From assembly GCA_035517655.1 (NCBI GenBank), contig DATIYJ010000041.1:5801-69800 (forward strand): DNA of 64,000 nt, read 5' to 3'. The DNA is from Nitrospiria bacterium. Its GTDB lineage: Bacteria > Nitrospirota > Nitrospiria > JACQBZ01. The position numbers and the translations under genes are program-made. The first letter of the stretch is position 1. Every line of letters begins with the position of its first letter. Below the pieces are notes generated by a model. The model made no database searches, was not told where the DNA came from, and worked only from the letters and a program-made list of their open reading frames with translations. Positions 29,322 through 39,723 of this stretch are shown here, in pieces.

Positions 29322-30533
29322 ATGGCCGATTTTCATCAGACCGGAGTCATATCGACGCTTCACCGTCTGGGCCGCGTGGATCTGGATTGGCTGGAGACGC
29401 AATTGGAGGCCTTCTCCCACCAGATGCCGATCGCCTTGGTCCTTCCCAGTCTCTACTCCGAGCTTCAAGGGCCGGCGCTGAAGGAGATCCTCAAGCAATT
29501 GCAGTCCGTAAAATATCTTCGCGAGATCGTGATCACACTGGGCCGGGCGAACCGGGAGGAGTTCGACCATGCGCGGCGGTTTTTTAAAGACCTCTATTGC
29601 GAGCACCGGATCGTGTGGGTCGACGGAGAGCGCATCCAGAAACTTCTGGCGCTCCTGACGCAGAACGACCTGGACATCGGAAGCGAAGGCAAGGGCCGCG
29701 CGGCCTGGCTCGCGTACGGGTACATCCTGGCGAAGCGGCGGAGCAAGGTGATCGCGCTTCACGATTGCGACATTCTGACCTACGACCGCGAATTCCTGGC
29801 GCGTCTTTGCTACCCCGTGGTCAATCCCAACATGGGTTATGAATTCTGCAAGGGCTACTACCCGCGGATCACGGACCGGCTGCACGGGAGGGTCACCCGG
29901 CTTTTCGTGACGCCGTTGATCCGGACCCTGATGAACATGATCGGCCATCATCCCTTCCTGGTTTATCTTGACAGCTTTCGTTACCCGCTGGCCGGCGAAT
30001 TCTCGATGCTGGCCGACCTGGCCCGCGTCAACCGGATTCCGGGCGACTGGGGGCTCGAAATCGGGGTGCTGGCCGAGATCTACCGCAACGTTTCGGTCAA
30101 ACGGGTCTGCCAGGCGGATCTGTCGGAAAACTACGAGCACAAGCATCAGGCGCTTTCGTCGGAGGATCCGAGCGCCGGACTGTTGAAGATGGCGATCGAC
30201 ATCGGGAAGTCCCTGCTGCGGAACCTGGCGACGGAAGGGCTGGTTTTCGACGCGGCCTTCTTCAACACGCTCCGCACGGCCTACCAGCGGGCGGCCCAGG
30301 ACGCGATCAAGAAATACGAGGACGACGCCACCATCAACGGCCTCGTCTTCGACCGCCATGCCGAGCGGCTGGCGGTCGACGCCTTCATCCGGGGGATCCG
30401 GATCGCGGCCGAGGAATTCGTCCAGGACCCGCTGGGTATCCCGTTGATCACGAACTGGAACCGGGTCGTCTCGGCCGTTCCGAAGTTTTTCGAGATGCTC
30501 GAGAACGCCGTCGACGTGGACAACGCGGAATGA
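29322..30533 (+). CDS. GpgS/MGS-like retaining glycosyltransferase (GT81/GT78-type, GT-A fold), paralogue A
   Basis: G-K-G motif SEGKGRAAW. DXD HDCDI. YYPR, PLAGEFSM and WGLEIGVL segments align with conserved GpgS (PGKGEALW, DSDL, SGEYAA, YGVEIGLL) and mannosylglycerate synthase motifs recalled from memory. Confidence 0.65.
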   Translation: MADFHQTGVISTLHRLGRVDLDWLETQLEAFSHQMPIALVLPSLYSELQGPALKEILKQLQSVKYLREIVITLGRANREEFDHARRFFKDLYCEHRIVWVDGERIQKLLALLTQNDLDIGSEGKGRAAWLAYGYILAKRRSKVIALHDCDILTYDREFLARLCYPVVNPNMGYEFCKGYYPRITDRLHGRVTRLFVTPLIRTLMNMIGHHPFLVYLDSFRYPLAGEFSMLADLARVNRIPGDWGLEIGVLAEIYRNVSVKRVCQADLSENYEHKHQALSSEDPSAGLLKMAIDIGKSLLRNLATEGLVFDAAFFNTLRTAYQRAAQDAIKKYEDDATINGLVFDRHAERLAVDAFIRGIRIAAEEFVQDPLGIPLITNWNRVVSAVPKFFEMLENAVDVDNAE

Positions 30534-31810
30534 CGGCGGCCATGGTGCGAGAGGATCTGAAGCCCCGCCTGGACGCCGTCGGACAGGCCGATATTCTGGT
30601 CGGCGTCCCCAGCTACAACAACGCGAGGACCATCGGCCGCGTCGTGCAGGCGGTCGGGGCCGGGCTGGCGAAGTATTTTCCCGAGGCCCGGGCGGTTCTC
30701 GTGAATTCCGACGGCGGATCGAACGACGGAACACCGGAGACGGTCGAAAAATCGACGGTGGACCTGCAAAGCATCCTCGTGGCCCACCGCGTCAATCCGC
30801 TTCACAAGATCGTCACGCCCTACCATGGGATACCCGGAAAGGGGAGCGCCTTCCGGCTGATTTTCGAGATCGCGGAGGCCTTGAAGGTCAGGGCCTGCGC
30901 GGTGGTGGACGCCGATCTGCGCAGCATCACGCCGGACTGGATGGAGCTGCTCCTGCGACCCGTCTACAAGGAAGGCTACGATTACGTCGCGCCGTATTAC
31001 CGCCGGCACAAGTACGACGGCACGATCACCAACGGGATCGTCTATCCGCTGACCCGGGCCTTGTACGGGATGCGCATTCGACAGCCCATCGGCGGCGAGT
31101 TCGGCTTCACGGGCGAGCTGGCCGCATATTTTTTGGCCCAGGACGTCTGGGAAACGGACGTCGCGCGCTACGGGATCGATATCTGGATGACGACCACGGC
31201 GATCGCGCGGGGCAGCCGGATCTGCCAGGCGTACCTGGGCGCGAAGATCCATGATCCCAAGGATCCGGCCGCCGACCTTTCGGCCATGCTGACCCAGGTG
31301 GTGGGTTCGACGTTTTCCTTGATGGAGAAGTATGCGGAACAATGGAAGGCCGTCCGGTTCGCGCAGTCCGTGCCGATCTTCGGCTTCGAGTACGACGTGG
31401 GGCTGGAGCCGGTTCCGGTCAACGTCGACCGGATGGTCAAGGCGTTCGAACTGGGGCGGGAGGAATTGATGGCGTTGTGGACCGAGGTCCTGTCGTCGGA
31501 CACGCTCGCCGGTCTGAAGGACGTGAAGCCGGGGGAATCGGGGCCCGGATTTTCCGACGGGCTCTGGACCCAAATCGTCTACGAGTTCGCCCTGGCCTTC
31601 CACCGCCGGGTGATGACGCGGGAACATCTCTTGAAATCCTTCACGCCCCTTTATCTCGGAAGGGTCGCCTCCTTCATCCTGGAGACCCGGTCGCTGAGCT
31701 ACCTTGAAGTGGAAGGCCGCATCGAGCGGTTGTGTCAATGCTTTGAACGCGAAAAGAACTATTTGACGGATCGGTGGGATCAACCATCGGTTCGGGGAGG
31801 GGCGTCATGA
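30530..31810 (+). CDS. GpgS-like retaining glycosyltransferase (GT81-type), paralogue B
   Basis: ILVGVPSYNNARTIGRVV Rossmann start. PGKGSAF, DADL, GGEFGFTGEL and YGIDIWM match the GpgS motif order. ATGA overlap with the upstream GT. Confidence 0.65.
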   Translation: MTAAMVREDLKPRLDAVGQADILVGVPSYNNARTIGRVVQAVGAGLAKYFPEARAVLVNSDGGSNDGTPETVEKSTVDLQSILVAHRVNPLHKIVTPYHGIPGKGSAFRLIFEIAEALKVRACAVVDADLRSITPDWMELLLRPVYKEGYDYVAPYYRRHKYDGTITNGIVYPLTRALYGMRIRQPIGGEFGFTGELAAYFLAQDVWETDVARYGIDIWMTTTAIARGSRICQAYLGAKIHDPKDPAADLSAMLTQVVGSTFSLMEKYAEQWKAVRFAQSVPIFGFEYDVGLEPVPVNVDRMVKAFELGREELMALWTEVLSSDTLAGLKDVKPGESGPGFSDGLWTQIVYEFALAFHRRVMTREHLLKSFTPLYLGRVASFILETRSLSYLEVEGRIERLCQCFEREKNYLTDRWDQPSVRGGAS

Positions 31811-32511
31811 AAGAAGTCTGGCAGACCGGATTTATCGATCCCATGGAGGCGTTTTTAAAACAGATGGGGGCCTTTCTGCCCCATCTGGTCGCGATGATCG
31901 TGGTTCTATTGTCGGGCGTCCTGGTCGCCTGGGTCGTGAAGAGCGCGGTGTTCCGGCTTCTGACCACGGCCAAGTTTGACCAGTACTCCGGCCGGATCGG
32001 GCTGTCGCTGGCTTTATCGAAAAACGGAATCCGCGAATCGCCGGCGCACTGGGTCGGCCGCATCGCGTACTGGATGATCGTCCTAATCTTCCTCATGCTG
32101 GGCTTGGAGGTCCTGAACCTCAACCCGGTGGATCAATTTGCGGCCCAGGTCTTTTCCTATCTGCCCCACATGCTGATCGCGGTCGTGATCCTCATCGTCG
32201 GGTTTCTTCTGGGCAACTTCTTCGCGCGCGCCGCGTTGATCGCGGCCGTGAACGCCCAGATCGTCGAGGCGCGGTTCCTGGCCCGGACCGTCCGGATCGC
32301 GATCCTGCTTCTCGCGCTCGCAATGGCCTTCGAGCAGCTCGGGATCGCAAAGGACGTCATCATCGCGGCCTTCTCGATCACGCTGGGGGGCGTCGTGCTG
32401 GCGCTGGCGATCGCCTTCGGTCTGGGGGCGCGGGATGCGGCCAAGCAATTCATCGAGCGGCGCTTAAGAAGGGAACAGGAGCAGAAGGAGGAGGATTTCT
32501 CCCATCTCTGA
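31807..32511 (+). CDS. CmpX-like 'conserved TM helix' membrane protein (MscS-related family)
   Basis: Repeated TM-helix units (VVLLSGVLVAWVVKSAV..., IAVVILIVGFLLGNFFARA...) and a charged C-terminal tail. ATGA overlap with the upstream GT. Confidence 0.6.
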   Translation: MKEVWQTGFIDPMEAFLKQMGAFLPHLVAMIVVLLSGVLVAWVVKSAVFRLLTTAKFDQYSGRIGLSLALSKNGIRESPAHWVGRIAYWMIVLIFLMLGLEVLNLNPVDQFAAQVFSYLPHMLIAVVILIVGFLLGNFFARAALIAAVNAQIVEARFLARTVRIAILLLALAMAFEQLGIAKDVIIAAFSITLGGVVLALAIAFGLGARDAAKQFIERRLRREQEQKEEDFSHL

Positions 32512-32534
32512 ACGGCTCGTACGGCGGTGAGTCC

Positions 32535-34673
32535 TTATCGCGTGCGTCGCTCCTGCGAAACCAGCCGGAACACCGCGAGGGAGCGTTCCTGTAAATTATA
32601 GGTCCGGCCGCCGCGGGCCAGCCGCTTTCCTTTTTCGGGTTTTTCAGCGGCGGTGTCAAGCGTCAGCCCCCATCGGGTGTCTTTCTTGTGCGCGGGAAGG
32701 ATGAACGGGACGGCCTCGTGGTGCGCGTTCAGAAGAATGAGCAGCGTATCGCCGGTGATCCGCTGCCCCAGCTCGTCCACGTCGTCGATCGCGTCCCCGG
32801 CCAGCCGCACGCCGAGGCAGCGCGCCGATTCCGCGTTCCATTCTTCGTCCGTCATCTCGTGGCCTTTGGGTGAAAACCAGGCGATGTCCTTGATCTCGGA
32901 TCCCCGAAGATATCTCCCTTGAAAAAACTTGTGACGGCGCAGGACGGGATGGGTCTTCCGGAGGCGGAGGACGTCCCGGACAAACTGCAAGAACTCCCGC
33001 TGCTCCTTGTTCAGGTTCCAGTCGTACCACGAGATCTCGCCGTCCTGGCAATACGCGTTGTTGTTCCCGCGCTGCGTCCGTCCGATCTCGTCGCCGCCGC
33101 AGATCATCGGGACGCCCTGGCTGAACATCAGGGTCGCCATAAAGTTCCGTTTTTGCTTTTCCCTCAGGGCCCGGATCTCGGGATCGTCGGTCGGCCCCTC
33201 CGCGCCGCCGTTCCAGCTGATGTTGTCGTCCGTGCCGTCACGGTTGTTCTCGCCGTTGGCCTCGTTGTGTTTTTGGTTGTAGCTCACCAGATCGTGGAGG
33301 GTGAACCCGTCGTGCGACGTGATGAAGTCGACGCTGGCGTGCGGGCGGCGGCCGCCCTGCTCGTAGAGATCGCTGCTGCCGGCGAGGCGGGTGGCCATCT
33401 CGGCCACCTGGCGCCCTTCCCCCTTCCAGAAGCGGCGGATCGCGTCGCGGTATTTTCCGTTCCATTCCGCCCACAGCACCGGGAAATTCCCGATCTGGTA
33501 TCCCCCCTCGCCCAGGTCCCACGGCTCGGCGATGAGCTTCACCTGCGAAATGACCGGGTCCTGCTGGATGATGTCGAAGAACGCGCCCAGACGGTCCACC
33601 TCGTGAAGCTCCCGGGCCAGGGCGCTGGCGAGATCGAAGCGGAAACCGTCCACGTGCATCTCGCCGACCCAGTACCGCAGGCTGTCCATGATCAGCTGGA
33701 GGACCTGGGGATGAAGCATGTTCAGGGTGTTCCCGCAGCCGGTGTAATCCACGTAGAATCTCGGGTTGTCCTTGTCCAGCCGGTAATAGGCCGCGTTGTC
33801 GATGCCGCGAAGGGACAGCGTGGGGCCGAGGTGGTTGCCCTCGGCCGTATGGTTGTAGACGACGTCCAGGATCACCTCGATGCCCCAGTCATGCAGGGAG
33901 CGGACCATCATCTTGAATTCGTCGGCCAGGTTCATGGTTCCGGATCCGTAGCGGTTGTCCGGGGCGAAGAACGAGAGGGTGTTGTATCCCCAGTAATTCG
34001 TCAGTCCGCGCCGGGTGAGGTCGTAATCGTCGACATGATGGTGGACCGGCAGCAGCTCGATCGCCGTCACGCCGAGACCGAGCAGGTGTTGGATGACCGG
34101 CTCGCAGGCCAGGCCGGCATAGGTTCCGCGTAGGGGCTGCGGAACCTCCGGATGCCGGACGGTCAGACCTTTCACGTGGGTTTCGTAAATCACGGTCCGG
34201 TGCCAGGGGATCCGCGGGGGACGGTCGTTTCCCCAGGTGAAGGCCGGATCGACCACCGCGCAGAGCGAGGCGAAGGCGGCGTTGTCGCGGTAGTCCCTCG
34301 CCAGGTCCTCGGCCGGATCGCCGATCCGGTAGGCGAACATGGCGTCGTCCCACTGGATGCGCCGGGTCACGGCCTTGGCGTAAGGGTCCACCAGGATCTT
34401 GGCGGGGTTGAACCGGTGCCCCGAACTCGGATCATAGGGCCCGTGGACCCGGTAGGCGTAGAGCCATCCGGGCCGCGCGTCGGGCAGGTAGATATGCCAG
34501 ATCCGGTTCGTCTGCTCGGTCAGCGGGATCCGATGGCTTTCCTTCGGGGCGCCCGCCGACTCGAAAAGGCAAAGGTCGACCCGGGTCGCGTGCTCCGAGA
34601 AGATCGCGAAATTGACGCCTTTTCCGTCCCAGGTGGCCCCCAGGGGATACGGATGGCCCGGCATGGTTCTCAT
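32535..34673 (-). CDS. glgX: Glycogen debranching enzyme GlgX
   Basis: GH13 motifs ([12 protein letters not shown]). N-terminal CBM48 ([23 protein letters not shown]). 712 aa. Confidence 0.9.
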   Translation of the reverse strand: MRTMPGHPYPLGATWDGKGVNFAIFSEHATRVDLCLFESAGAPKESHRIPLTEQTNRIWHIYLPDARPGWLYAYRVHGPYDPSSGHRFNPAKILVDPYAKAVTRRIQWDDAMFAYRIGDPAEDLARDYRDNAAFASLCAVVDPAFTWGNDRPPRIPWHRTVIYETHVKGLTVRHPEVPQPLRGTYAGLACEPVIQHLLGLGVTAIELLPVHHHVDDYDLTRRGLTNYWGYNTLSFFAPDNRYGSGTMNLADEFKMMVRSLHDWGIEVILDVVYNHTAEGNHLGPTLSLRGIDNAAYYRLDKDNPRFYVDYTGCGNTLNMLHPQVLQLIMDSLRYWVGEMHVDGFRFDLASALARELHEVDRLGAFFDIIQQDPVISQVKLIAEPWDLGEGGYQIGNFPVLWAEWNGKYRDAIRRFWKGEGRQVAEMATRLAGSSDLYEQGGRRPHASVDFITSHDGFTLHDLVSYNQKHNEANGENNRDGTDDNISWNGGAEGPTDDPEIRALREKQKRNFMATLMFSQGVPMICGGDEIGRTQRGNNNAYCQDGEISWYDWNLNKEQREFLQFVRDVLRLRKTHPVLRRHKFFQGRYLRGSEIKDIAWFSPKGHEMTDEEWNAESARCLGVRLAGDAIDDVDELGQRITGDTLLILLNAHHEAVPFILPAHKKDTRWGLTLDTAAEKPEKGKRLARGGRTYNLQERSLAVFRLVSQERRTR

Positions 34674-34689
34674 GATTCCTTCCTCAAAT

Positions 34690-34834
34690 TTAGAGGGGCT
34701 CGCGTCGCCCCCAAACTATAGGGACTGGATACGGGATAAAGGATGCCGGTGATGAAAATATTTTTTACTCGCATCTTGCATCCCGCATCTTGTATCTGAC
34801 CCGCCTCCCCCTCCCGTTCGCCTTGCTCGTTGAG
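34690..34834 (+). repeat. Intergenic repeat family copy 3 (long form, about 145 bp) between glgX and glgB
   Basis: TAGAGGGGCTCGCGTCGCCCCC ... AT-rich insert ... CCTCCCCCTCCCGTTCGCCTTGCTCGTTGAG. The right end abuts the glgB stop. Confidence 0.7.
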
Positions 34835-34837
34835 TAT

Positions 34838-36790
34838 CTACCCTTTAAAAAAAAGCGCGCCCAGGGGAGGCAGGGTCAGCGCGAGCGAGTGGGAACGCCC
34901 ATGGGCGGGGACGGGCGCGGCCTCGGCGCCTCCGGCATTTCCGAGCCCGCTTCCGCCGTAGAAGGCGGAGTCGCTGTTGAGCAGTTCGCGCCAGTAGCCG
35001 CCGCCCGGAACTCCGACCCGGTATTGGTATTTCGGGACCGGGGTGAAATTGAAGACCGTCAGGATGATCTCGCCCGCGTTCGTTCCCTTCCTTAGAAAAC
35101 TGACCACGCTCTGCTCCCAGTCGTTGCAATCGATCCATTCGAAGCCTTCGGCGTCGAAATCCCGCTCGTGCAGGGCCGGTTCCGCACGGTACAGGCGGTT
35201 GAGGTCCGCGATCCATCGCCGGATCCCGTTGTGGTTCGGGAATTGAAGCACGTGCCATTCGAGACTTTCCTCGTGCTTCCATTCGCGGACCTGGCCGAAT
35301 TCGCCGCCCATGAAAAGCAATTTTTTTCCGGGATGGCCGTACAGGTAGCCGTACAGCAGCCGGAGGTTGGCGAAGCGCTGCCATTCGTCCCCGGGCATCT
35401 TGCCGATGAGCGATCCCTTGCCGTGCACCACCTCGTCGTGGGACAGGGGCAGGATGAAATTTTCCGAGAAGGCGTACCACAGGCTGAAGGTGAGCTGGTT
35501 GTGGTGGTATTTCCGGTACAGGGGGTCCTCCGAGAAATAGGCCAGGGTGTCGTGCATCCAGCCCATGTTCCATTTCATCCCGAAGCCCAGGCCCCCCACA
35601 TGGGTCGGCCGGGAGACCATGGGCCAGGCGGTCGATTCCTCCGCAAAGATCTGAACGTCCGGAAATTTCCCGTAGGCGGATTCGTTCAGGCGCTTGAGGA
35701 AATGGATGGCATCGAGGTTCTCGCGGCCGCCGTAAACGTTGGGGATCCACTCGCCTTCTTTTCGGGCGTAGTCCAGGTAGAGCATCGAGGCCACCGCGTC
35801 CACGCGGAGGCCGTCGATGTGGTATTTGTCCAGCCAGAACAGCGCGCTGCTGATCAGGAAGGACCGGACTTCGTTGCGGCCGTAGTTGAAGATGAAGCTG
35901 TTCCATTCGGGATGAAATCCCTTACGGGGATCGGCGTGCTCGTAGAGGTGGGTCCCGTCGAAGTACGCCAGTCCGTGCTCGTCGGAGGGAAAGTGGGAGG
36001 GGACCCAGTCCAGGATCACGCCGATGCCCTCCTGATGGAGATGATCGACCAGGTACATGAAATCCTGGGGTGTGCCGTAGCGCCGCGTCGGGGCGAAATA
36101 GCCCGTCGTCTGGTATCCCCACGAACCGTAGAAGGGATGCTCCGTGATCGGCATCAACTCGACGTGCGTGAAGCCCGTTTCCTTGACGTGGGCCGCGAGA
36201 GGGCGGGCCAATTCCCGGTAGGTCAGCGGCCGGTTGCCTTCCTCGGGAACGCGCCGCCACGAACCGAGGTGCACTTCGTAGATCGCGAGGGGAGCGGCGA
36301 GGGCGTTCGCCCGTTTCCGCTTCGCCATCCAGTCCCGATCGCCCCAGTCATAGTTTAGGTCCCAGACCACGGATGACGTTTTGGGCGGGCATTCCCATCC
36401 GAAGGCGAAGGGGTCGCCTTTGTTCACGTTGAACGATTGATTTCCGGAGCTGACGTGATACTTGTAAAGGGCCCCCGGCCCGATTCCGGGAAGGAAGCCC
36501 TCCCAGATCCCGGATGCGTCCCCCCGGACCGAGAGCGGGTGGGCCTGGGGCTTCCAGCCGTTGAAATCCCCCACGACCGAAACGCGCTCGGCGTTCGGCG
36601 CCCATACCGCAAAGACCGTTCCGGCGGCGCCCTGCGCCGTGATCGGATGCGCGCCGAGTTTCTCGTACAGCAACGTGTGATTTCCCTCTTTGAGAAGGAA
36701 AATATCATAGTCGGTCAAGAGACCGACCGGGCCGGGATCCGGCGGGCGGGACGCTCGTGTGAAATCTCCGGGCATCGACTTGTTTTCCAT
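34838..36790 (-). CDS. glgB: 1,4-alpha-glucan branching enzyme GlgB
   Basis: CBM48 followed by a GH13 catalytic domain ([17 protein letters not shown]). 650 aa. Confidence 0.9.
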   Translation of the reverse strand: MENKSMPGDFTRASRPPDPGPVGLLTDYDIFLLKEGNHTLLYEKLGAHPITAQGAAGTVFAVWAPNAERVSVVGDFNGWKPQAHPLSVRGDASGIWEGFLPGIGPGALYKYHVSSGNQSFNVNKGDPFAFGWECPPKTSSVVWDLNYDWGDRDWMAKRKRANALAAPLAIYEVHLGSWRRVPEEGNRPLTYRELARPLAAHVKETGFTHVELMPITEHPFYGSWGYQTTGYFAPTRRYGTPQDFMYLVDHLHQEGIGVILDWVPSHFPSDEHGLAYFDGTHLYEHADPRKGFHPEWNSFIFNYGRNEVRSFLISSALFWLDKYHIDGLRVDAVASMLYLDYARKEGEWIPNVYGGRENLDAIHFLKRLNESAYGKFPDVQIFAEESTAWPMVSRPTHVGGLGFGMKWNMGWMHDTLAYFSEDPLYRKYHHNQLTFSLWYAFSENFILPLSHDEVVHGKGSLIGKMPGDEWQRFANLRLLYGYLYGHPGKKLLFMGGEFGQVREWKHEESLEWHVLQFPNHNGIRRWIADLNRLYRAEPALHERDFDAEGFEWIDCNDWEQSVVSFLRKGTNAGEIILTVFNFTPVPKYQYRVGVPGGGYWRELLNSDSAFYGGSGLGNAGGAEAAPVPAHGRSHSLALTLPPLGALFFKG

Positions 36791-36831
36791 GGCACTCCCT
36801 GCTCAAATGATAAAGCCATCTCCGTCGCTTG

Positions 36832-37668
36832 TCAAACCGACTTCGGAGAGTTGTTCAAGATTTTAAGAACGGCCTTATTCCAGCCGGCCGGGCCGATTCC
36901 GTCGGCGCGTACAAGTCCCGGAAGCGCGATCGCATCTTCGTAACTTCCGTCCGGCCTACGGACCAGGACGGGCCGGTCGACGCCCGCAAGCATCGGAAGA
37001 TCGTTCAGACTGTCCCCGAGTCCGACCGTGAGGATCGCGCCGTACTGACGCCGGTAAATTTCGGACAGGATCGCGACCGCGCGTCCCTTGTCGTTGTTCC
37101 CCGTCAGATGGGGGAAGCGGCCGCCCTTCGTCCAGCGGAAGCCCTTGGACTCGATCCGGCTCAGGACGGCTTGTCGCTGTTCCGGCGTTCCTTCGATGAT
37201 GAACGGCTCGTCGTACTCGCGGGCTCTGGCCCGTTCGGCTTCGTTCAGCGGCAAGCCGGTTTGCGATGCGACTTCCTCCGCGTTCATATCCCCGAAACCT
37301 TTCACGACGGTTCGGGTTTCACGGGCGATCTCTTGGAGGGCGATGCGTAAAAGGCGATAGGGGATTCCGATCTCGACGGTCCGGCCACCCTCGGCGTGTG
37401 GATCGGCCGAGAACGGGACGGTGAAGCAACCCTCCGGAATCAGGATCGCGCCGCCGTTTTCGACGATGAAGGGGTGACGGTGGCCCATGGCCCGCCGGAG
37501 AGGCTCCATTTCGGCCCTCGTCTTGCTGCTGCAAAGAACCCAGGGAACGTTTCGTTCCTCAAGACGATTGAGCGCGGGCTTTGCCGCCTGCCAGGAGTAG
37601 GTTTCGGCGTCCAGAAGCGTCCCGTCCAGATCGGTGAAGAGGACCGGTTGCGGATCGGGGCGCGGCAT
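36832..37668 (-). CDS. HAD-IIB phosphatase of the mannosyl-/glucosyl-3-phosphoglycerate phosphatase family (MpgP/GpgP/YedP-like)
   Basis: VLFTDLDGTLLDAETYSWQAAKPALNRLEERNVPWVLCSSKTRAEM closely parallels the E. coli YedP/MpgP N-terminus. C-terminal GDSLNDLPM motif. Confidence 0.8.
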   Translation of the reverse strand: MPRPDPQPVLFTDLDGTLLDAETYSWQAAKPALNRLEERNVPWVLCSSKTRAEMEPLRRAMGHRHPFIVENGGAILIPEGCFTVPFSADPHAEGGRTVEIGIPYRLLRIALQEIARETRTVVKGFGDMNAEEVASQTGLPLNEAERARAREYDEPFIIEGTPEQRQAVLSRIESKGFRWTKGGRFPHLTGNNDKGRAVAILSEIYRRQYGAILTVGLGDSLNDLPMLAGVDRPVLVRRPDGSYEDAIALPGLVRADGIGPAGWNKAVLKILNNSPKSV

Positions 37669-37677
37669 GCGGGCCTC

Positions 37678-39141
37678 CTACATTAAGCGGGCGTTGATCA
37701 AAAAATGCGCCCAGACACTGAGCGCGTACCCCAGCGCGATCGCCCAGGTCCAGCGCAGATGGGAAATGAAGGTGTAGACGCCCGGCGCCTGTCCCATGAG
37801 CGCGACGCCGGCCGCCGAGCCGACCGACAGCAGCGAGCCGCCCACGCCGGCCGTCAGGGTGACCAGCAGCCACTGACCGTGGGACATCTCGGGATGCATC
37901 GTCAGGACCGCGAACATGATCGGGATGTTGTCCACGATCGCCGACATCAGCCCCACCAGCACGTTGGCCGCGGTCGGCCCCAGGTCGACATACAGAACAT
38001 GGGATGCCGAGGCCAGATACCCGATCGTGCTCAGCCCGCCGACGCAGAGGATCACCCCGTAGAAGAACAGCAACGTGTCCCACTCCACCCGTTTCATGAT
38101 GGCGAAGATGTCGAAGGACGGGGCCCCCTCGCCGGCGGCGCTCCCTCCAAGCGCCTTGCGCCGGAGAAAGTGGCCGTTGATTTTCAGCAAGCCCAGGCCG
38201 GTCATCATGCCGAGGACCGGGGGCAGGTGAAGAAAATTTTGGAAAGAGACCGCCATGGCGATCGTGAGGAGGAACAGCCCGACCACCCCGAGCGCGCCCG
38301 GTTTGAGCGCGACCGTATCCCGGGCCGGGTTCGGCCGTCCTTTCGGGACGGCGAGCGACAAGATCAGCGCCGGGACGAGCCAGTTGATCAGGGCCGGTAC
38401 GAACAGGTCGAAGAATTCCAAGAACCGGACGGCGCCTTTCTGCCAGACCAGCAGTGTCGTGATATCGCCGAAGGGGCTGAAGGCCCCGCCGGCGTTCGCG
38501 GCCACCACGACGTTGATCGCGGCCAGGGCGACGAAGCGCGGATGGCCCTCGCCGGCCGCGATGACCACGGCCGCGATGACCAGCGCGGTCGTGAGGTTGT
38601 CGGCAAACGGGGAGATGAAAAAGGCCAGGAGCCCGGTGATCCAGAAGATCGACCGAAGGGAAAGTCCCGCCGAGACCAGCCGGGCCCGCAGCGCGTGGAA
38701 GACGTTTCGCTCCTCCATCGTGTTGACGTAGGTCATCGCGGCGATCAGGAAGAGGAGCAGCTCCGCGTACTCGAGAAGGTTGTGCCGGATCGCGGCGGCG
38801 GCCGCGGCCGCATCCCCCTCCATGGCGTAGGCGATGCCGATCAAGGTCCAGATCACGCCGGAGGCCACGACGACCGGTTTGGATTTCCGGAGATGGAACA
38901 ATCCCTCGGCAAAGACCAGCGCGTAGGCCAGGGCGAAGACGACGATCGAAGCGATCCCGAATCCGCTTCCGGTGAGGTCGAGAAGCCGGCCGTCGCCGTT
39001 TTCGGACGAGGCGAGGACGGTCGAAGGGGAAAGGAGCACCGGAAATGTTGCGAGAAACGGCCAGGCCGCTCCGGCGGTTCTTGCAAGGGGGATGATTCGT
39101 TCCATTGAGGTTAGAATACCCGCAACGGTATGAGGATGCAA
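37678..39141 (-). CDS. Na+/H+ antiporter NhaD-family (ArsB/NhaD permease superfamily)
   Basis: About 12 TM helices. NhaD-like conserved segments. Start uncertain (39141, or MERIIPL at 39102). Confidence 0.75.
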   Translation of the reverse strand: MHPHTVAGILTSMERIIPLARTAGAAWPFLATFPVLLSPSTVLASSENGDGRLLDLTGSGFGIASIVVFALAYALVFAEGLFHLRKSKPVVVASGVIWTLIGIAYAMEGDAAAAAAAIRHNLLEYAELLLFLIAAMTYVNTMEERNVFHALRARLVSAGLSLRSIFWITGLLAFFISPFADNLTTALVIAAVVIAAGEGHPRFVALAAINVVVAANAGGAFSPFGDITTLLVWQKGAVRFLEFFDLFVPALINWLVPALILSLAVPKGRPNPARDTVALKPGALGVVGLFLLTIAMAVSFQNFLHLPPVLGMMTGLGLLKINGHFLRRKALGGSAAGEGAPSFDIFAIMKRVEWDTLLFFYGVILCVGGLSTIGYLASASHVLYVDLGPTAANVLVGLMSAIVDNIPIMFAVLTMHPEMSHGQWLLVTLTAGVGGSLLSVGSAAGVALMGQAPGVYTFISHLRWTWAIALGYALSVWAHFLINARLM

Positions 39142-39158
39142 GACGAATCGGCTTGGGT

Positions 39159-39723
39159 TCAGTTTCGTTTTCTTTTGTAGCGGCTTTTGACCAGTCCGTT
39201 GGAATAGACCTTGGTCCGTACGTGTTGGAAGCTCAGATCATGGTCCAGATCGCCGAAGAGGGGAAGGCCGCTTCCGATCAGCAAGGGGGCTTTTGTAATG
39301 ATCAGCTCATCGATGCAGTCTTCTTTCAGAAAGCCCTGAATCACTTTTCCGCCGTCGACATAGATATTCGAGCAGCCTTCCTTGGAAAGATAATTCAGCA
39401 ACGCTTTGGGCTTCATTGAAAGAACCGTCGCTTTCCCTTTTAACTTATCCGGTATTTTTTTGAGACGGGTGCTCAGCACGAAGACTTTCTGATCATAAGG
39501 CCAGGAGGGAAACGTGAGGACGCTTTCAAACGTGCCCCTTCCGATCACGACCGCGTCGATCGTGCTCATGAATTTACGATAGTCGTCTCTCACGGGCTTC
39601 TCGAAGCGGACCAGCCAGTCGAGCCCCCCCGTCTTTTCTCGCAATAAAGCCGTCAAGGCTCGTTCCGATGTAGACGATCGTCTTTGTTCGTCGGTTTTTG
39701 GGCGGGGGGGCTTTAATCTTCAT
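39159..39723 (-). pseudogene. DHFR-family / RibD C-terminal domain reductase with a frameshift in a G7 (plus-strand C7) homopolymer
   Basis: From the ATG at 39723: MKIKAPPPKNRRTKTIVYIGTSLDGFIARKDGG, then the frame is lost at CCCCCCC (39632-39638). The downstream frame continues LDWLVRFEKPVRDDYRKFMSTIDAVVIGRGTFESV..., the canonical DHFR-like family. With six G the reading is continuous. Confidence 0.6.
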
